This document shows positions 59,583 to 64,000 of a stretch of DNA of 64,000 bases, piece after piece. Position numbers and translations under genes: made by a program. Each line of letters begins with the position of its first letter. Position 1 is the first letter of the stretch. This stretch comes from an uncultured cyanobacterium. Its GTDB lineage: Bacteria > Cyanobacteriota > Cyanobacteriia > Cyanobacteriales > Nostocaceae. The stretch is taken from the NCBI GenBank assembly GCA_963706595.1, contig OY970166.1, positions 3,552,001 through 3,616,000 on the forward strand, read 5' to 3'. The notes beneath the pieces are model-generated. The model was not told the DNA's origin and made no database searches. It was given only the letters and a program-made list of their open reading frames with translations.

Positions 59583-61709
59583 ATGGTACAAGAAGATTCC
59601 TTAAAGTTTAGTATTCAAGAAATTGGTGCAACTTCTCAGCATTTAAAAACTGTCATTAACTTAGGTAATGCTAATTCAGAAACCCTTGGCTTTTTACCCT
59701 ATGGAGCTTTTGAAAGACTAGCGGACGAAGGTCGTATTATTGGTTTTATTGTTCCAGAATTAGGTTGTGTGGGATATCTGCTTTATGGTATTAGTCGTCG
59801 TAATTACAGAGTAAAACTTACCCATCTTTGTGTAGATAAAAATTGGCAAAAAAGAGGAATAGCCAAAAAATTACTCCAGTATTTAAAAAATAAAACTCAA
59901 CATTTATACGGTATTCTTTTATCATGCCGTCGTGATTATAATTTAGATGGAATGTGGGCAGCACTTGGTTTTGTAGCTCCTCATGAAAGACCAGGAAAAA
60001 GCAAAGAAGGCAGTATTTTAACTGAGTGGTGGTTAGATTATGGTCATCATAGTTTACTCACTAATCTTGCCTATCAAGAAACTGAATCTAGATTATGTGT
60101 TGCTATTGATGCTAATATTTTCTTTGATTTAGTAGATGATGAAAAGTTTGATGAGGAAGGAAAAGAATCTAAAGTTCTAATTTCTGATTGGCTAGATTCA
60201 GAAATAAAATTATGTTTAACTGACGAAATTTTAAATGAAATTAACAGAAATCCAGACAGTAGAAAAAGAGAAAAATTACGTACAGCAAGAAGTCATTTTA
60301 CAAACCTTCCTTCCACCCAAAAAGAATTTGATAAACTATGCCAAACTATACGTAGATTTTTTCCTGAAAAGATGACTCCTAGTGATGAATCAGATTTACG
60401 TCAAATCGCTAGAGTTATTAGCTCTCAAATTAATACTCCTTACTTTGTTACTAGAGATAAACGTTTATTAGGTATTGAAGAAGAGATTTATCAAGAATTT
60501 AATTTGACCATTATTCATCCCATTGATTTAATTATTAAATTAGATCAATTACGTAGAGAAAATGAATATCAACCAGAGCTTTTAGGTGGAACTAATATCA
60601 AAGAAAAGCGCATTCAGAGTAAAGAGATAGATTCAATAATTGACCTCTTTTTATGTTATTCTCAGGGTGAAAAAAAACCAGACTTTAGAAAAAATATTCG
60701 CAGTTTAGTTTCAAATACTAAACAAATTAAAGGTTTTACAGTTAGTCAAAATGAAGAATTTATAGCTCTGATAATCTATGATAGATCAGAAGATAGAGAG
60801 TTAAATATTCCGGTTTTTCGATTCAGAAATACTAAAATTACTCCTACTCTTTTACGGAGGTGTATTTTTGAATGTTTCTCAACTGCTGCTAGTGAAAATA
60901 GAGAATTCACCAGAATTACTGAAATATACTTGGATGATACAACCGTTAAAGCACTGTCTGAAGATGGTTTTTTAAAGACTAAATCTGGATGGTTAAGAGC
61001 TAATTTAGCTATTTCAGAAAATGCAGTAGATATTTCTTCGTATATTACTAACTTGTGTAAAAAATCACCTAAAGATTATGACAAATATCTTCCATTTGCA
61101 GATATTTTATTAAATCAAGATTTACTTCAAAAACCAGAAATCATGGCAGATATTGAGAGAATGCTTTATCCTGCCAAAATTACTGATGCTGAAATTCCTA
61201 CTTATATTATTCCTATTAAATCACGTTGGGCTAAAGAATTATTTGATAAAGAATTAGCAGAAGAAGGAATATGGAGAGCTAAAGAACAATTAGCACTGAG
61301 ACGTGAGGTTGTTTACTACTCTTCAAAGCGAAAAATGAAATATCCAGGAAGAATTTTATGGTATGTTACTCCATCTCCTGACGATAAAAATAGTTCTGCT
61401 ATTCTAGGAGCTATTAGAGCTTGTTCTAGACTAGATGAAGTAACAATTGGTAAACCCAAAGATTTATATAAAAAATTTAGAAGATTAGGCATTTACAGTT
61501 TTCAAGATGTTTTAAAAGCTGCTAATAACGATTTAGACAAGGAAATCAAAGCTGTTAAATTTAGTGATACTGAGTTATTTGAAAATCCTATAAAATTTGC
61601 AGAAATAAAAATAATACTAAATCGATCTATTCAACTTCAAAGTTCTATAGAAATTTCTCCAGAAGAATTTAAAATGTTATATAATAGAGGAAATTCAATG
61701 TCTATATAA
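59583..61709 (+). CDS. GNAT acetyltransferase-PIN nuclease fusion with a probable C-terminal PUA-like domain
   Basis: HLCV..WQKRGIA (GNAT motif A); IDANIF, EI, SD and FVTRD (PIN); IPIK..WA..LF, YY and ILWY (PUA/EVE-like, inferred). Confidence 0.8.
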   Translation: MVQEDSLKFSIQEIGATSQHLKTVINLGNANSETLGFLPYGAFERLADEGRIIGFIVPELGCVGYLLYGISRRNYRVKLTHLCVDKNWQKRGIAKKLLQYLKNKTQHLYGILLSCRRDYNLDGMWAALGFVAPHERPGKSKEGSILTEWWLDYGHHSLLTNLAYQETESRLCVAIDANIFFDLVDDEKFDEEGKESKVLISDWLDSEIKLCLTDEILNEINRNPDSRKREKLRTARSHFTNLPSTQKEFDKLCQTIRRFFPEKMTPSDESDLRQIARVISSQINTPYFVTRDKRLLGIEEEIYQEFNLTIIHPIDLIIKLDQLRRENEYQPELLGGTNIKEKRIQSKEIDSIIDLFLCYSQGEKKPDFRKNIRSLVSNTKQIKGFTVSQNEEFIALIIYDRSEDRELNIPVFRFRNTKITPTLLRRCIFECFSTAASENREFTRITEIYLDDTTVKALSEDGFLKTKSGWLRANLAISENAVDISSYITNLCKKSPKDYDKYLPFADILLNQDLLQKPEIMADIERMLYPAKITDAEIPTYIIPIKSRWAKELFDKELAEEGIWRAKEQLALRREVVYYSSKRKMKYPGRILWYVTPSPDDKNSSAILGAIRACSRLDEVTIGKPKDLYKKFRRLGIYSFQDVLKAANNDLDKEIKAVKFSDTELFENPIKFAEIKIILNRSIQLQSSIEISPEEFKMLYNRGNSMSI

Positions 61710-61716
61710 AATAAAA

Positions 61717-62220
61717 ATGAGTCTCATGTCTCCAAATGTACTTTTAATATCTATTCACTATGAATACGCTAATATGATATTTGAGGGTAATAAACAAGTT
61801 GAGTTTAGGCGTGTTAGACCTCGACATCTAAGTGAAGGTGATCTAATTCTTGTTTATGCAACATCTCCTGAAAAAGCATTGTTGGGAGTGCTTGAAGTAG
61901 AAGAAGTTGTGGAAATGTCTCCTAATAAGCTTTGGAATATTGTTAAAGATAAAGCTGGTATTAACCAAGAAACCTTTCAAAAATACTACAAAAATTCACA
62001 AATTGCTTTTGCTATTTTCTTTAAAAACCCGTTCAGTTTTGATTCACCAATTACAATTGAAAAACTAAGAGAAGAGTGGAAAGATTTTCGACCACCACAG
62101 TGTTATCATTATTTAAAAGATAGAGAGATAAATTTTATCAAATCAATGACAAAATATGATATTCTAGCATTATCTAATAAGTTTAGAGGTTATCAAACTG
62201 AACTATTGCCTCAAGTTTAA
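61717..62220 (+). CDS. ASCH-domain protein
   Basis: LISI..YA..IFEGNKQVEFRR (GxKxxExR) and GD...VYATSP motifs. Confidence 0.88.
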   Translation: MSLMSPNVLLISIHYEYANMIFEGNKQVEFRRVRPRHLSEGDLILVYATSPEKALLGVLEVEEVVEMSPNKLWNIVKDKAGINQETFQKYYKNSQIAFAIFFKNPFSFDSPITIEKLREEWKDFRPPQCYHYLKDREINFIKSMTKYDILALSNKFRGYQTELLPQV

Positions 62221-62308
62221 AAGATAAATATATATATTTTTATATATTACTTTTTGTTTTAGTGTAAATCTATTATACTAATATGTAAACTCGTATCCCT
62301 TAAATAGT

Positions 62309-63112
62309 ATGAGTGAAACCCTGGCTGATATTGCTATACCACCGCAGTTTCCTGATCATACTCAACTACCAGAGTCTGATGGTACGTTTGTGTTAGCGAA
62401 GCGTACCGTAGGTCAGAACTTTCAAGAACATCCCCAAAGCATAATTATCACAGACTCAATAATTCAAACTTTACAAAAGTTACATCCCGATGGACAATTT
62501 TGTATAGGTCAAGATTGTGGGATTTATTGGCGCGAAACAGAACCACCAGAAAAAGGTACAGTAGCACCAGATTGGTTTTATGTCCCTGATGTCGCACCAA
62601 GATTAGAAGGTAAAATTCGCCGTTCTTATGTATTATGGCGGGAATATATTCCCCCATTAATTGCGATAGAATTAGCCAGTGGTAATGGTGATGAAGAACG
62701 AGACAAAACACCTTTACCTTTAGCTGGTAATCGTGAAGGTGCAAAACCTGGGAAATTTTGGGTATACGAAAGAGTGATCCGCATTCCCTACTATGCTATT
62801 TATGAAATTAATAATGAGAAATTAGAAGTTTATCACTTGGTAGATTTTTCCTACCAAAAAATGCAGCCCAACGAACGTGGACATTACCCAATTCCCCCTT
62901 TAGGTGTAGAATTAGGACTATGGCAAGGAAGTTATTTAAATAATCCTGAGCAACTTTGGCTGCGCTGGTGGGATTTAGATGGTAATTTATTATTAGTCGG
63001 TAAAGAAGAAGCCCAATTACAAAGACTCAGGGCTGAACAAGCAGAACACAAAGCAGCACAATTAGCAGCACGATTGCGAGAAATGGGTATTGATCCAGAT
63101 ACAATAGATTAA
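62309..63112 (+). CDS. Uma2-family (DUF820) endonuclease-like protein
   Basis: APDWFYV, IELAS, K..VYE...IPYY motifs; typical LREMGIDP tail. Confidence 0.9.
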   Translation: MSETLADIAIPPQFPDHTQLPESDGTFVLAKRTVGQNFQEHPQSIIITDSIIQTLQKLHPDGQFCIGQDCGIYWRETEPPEKGTVAPDWFYVPDVAPRLEGKIRRSYVLWREYIPPLIAIELASGNGDEERDKTPLPLAGNREGAKPGKFWVYERVIRIPYYAIYEINNEKLEVYHLVDFSYQKMQPNERGHYPIPPLGVELGLWQGSYLNNPEQLWLRWWDLDGNLLLVGKEEAQLQRLRAEQAEHKAAQLAARLREMGIDPDTID

Positions 63113-63138
63113 GAAATTTTTCTCGCAAAGTAAGAAAT

Positions 63139-63657
63139 ATGCAAAGGGTTATTTTGTCAAGGGAGTTACAGGTTAATTGGGTGAGTTTTATTGCTGATTT
63201 CCTGTTGGTGGGGATGGTTTTTGGTCCTCCTATTGCTCCTTTTTTGGCTGCGTCTGATGTGTCTTTGCTGAGTAGGATTGCGGACATTATTTATTTCATG
63301 GGTAATCATGTCTGTCCGCAACCTGATATGGGTTTGGATTTAGCACCCCCGTTTATTATGGCTGTTTGTATGCGTTGCTATGGTACTGTTTCGGGGTTGC
63401 TATTTACTCGGTTTTTATATGGGGTAACTGGTGGTAAGGGTTTTTACTGGTTAAGTCAATATGGTTGGAATGGTGCGGCTTTGGCTAGTGTGTTGATGAT
63501 GGCTTATCCTTTGGAATTGGCTGCTCAGGTTTTTGGTTTGTGGGATTTTAATAATTATTTGGTGACACCTTTTGGGTTAATTACGGGTTTGGCTTGGGGT
63601 TTATTTACTATGCCGATTTTTCATCAGTCGCAGCATAATCATTTTTATAAAATTTAA
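63139..63657 (+). CDS. DUF2085-like membrane protein
   Basis: VCPQ...AVCMRCYG motif; TM helices. Confidence 0.75.
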   Translation: MQRVILSRELQVNWVSFIADFLLVGMVFGPPIAPFLAASDVSLLSRIADIIYFMGNHVCPQPDMGLDLAPPFIMAVCMRCYGTVSGLLFTRFLYGVTGGKGFYWLSQYGWNGAALASVLMMAYPLELAAQVFGLWDFNNYLVTPFGLITGLAWGLFTMPIFHQSQHNHFYKI

Positions 63658-64000
63658 TATGAATAATCAAACGCCGATAAACGCGGATAAATCCAGATTT
63701 TTAATTGTTTGGCTTGGTTTTCATATCATCTATTCTTAGCCTAACTGTATTTTCCTAAACTTTGGCTTTAATAGTAATCTTACGCAAAAAACTCTCATGA
63801 CTCTGCGTCCTCTGTGCCTCTGTGGTTAATTAACTCCTGACTTAAGCGTAATTACTGATACAGATTATCCTCTTCTCTGGGTAAACTAAAAGAGAAACTA
63901 ATACATTTGTATTATCAGGCTTGTAGCTGACCACAGTTAACTCAGAGGGGTGTACCAGATGATTAATACCAGTTACGACTTTGACCAAGCTATCCTACCT

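Noticed and set aside
63860..64000. Gene end at the right edge
   Set aside because: No frame gave a recognisable product.

Overview
A 64-kb chromosomal window from a filamentous cyanobacterium, probably a heterocyst-forming Nostocales strain (devH, frequent HIP1 GCGATCGC octamers, heptamer STRR repeats). The core genes are polA, devH, pacR/rbcR, trxC, ndhF1, ndhD1, cyaC, radC, thrC, miaB, tonB and agrE/argZ, plus a Yfr2-type sRNA. Mobile DNA is dense: two tnpB elements (one splitting a substrate-binding-protein gene cleanly at TTAC, one carrying a divergent ribbon-helix-helix gene instead of a transposase), an IS630 inside a tandem array of its own MITEs, an IS50-like IS4 element, and several MITEs and small dispersed repeats. 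The strongest candidates for uncharacterised systems are (1) an AT-rich two-gene GNAT-PIN-PUA-like plus ASCH module, (2) a P-loop ATPase plus TPR-STAND-WD40 pair whose 14 near-identical repeats vary almost only at predicted binding-face positions, next to an Rpn gene with a probable internal antitoxin start, and (3) the nested IS630/MITE array. All family calls come from motif recognition by eye; no database searches were run.
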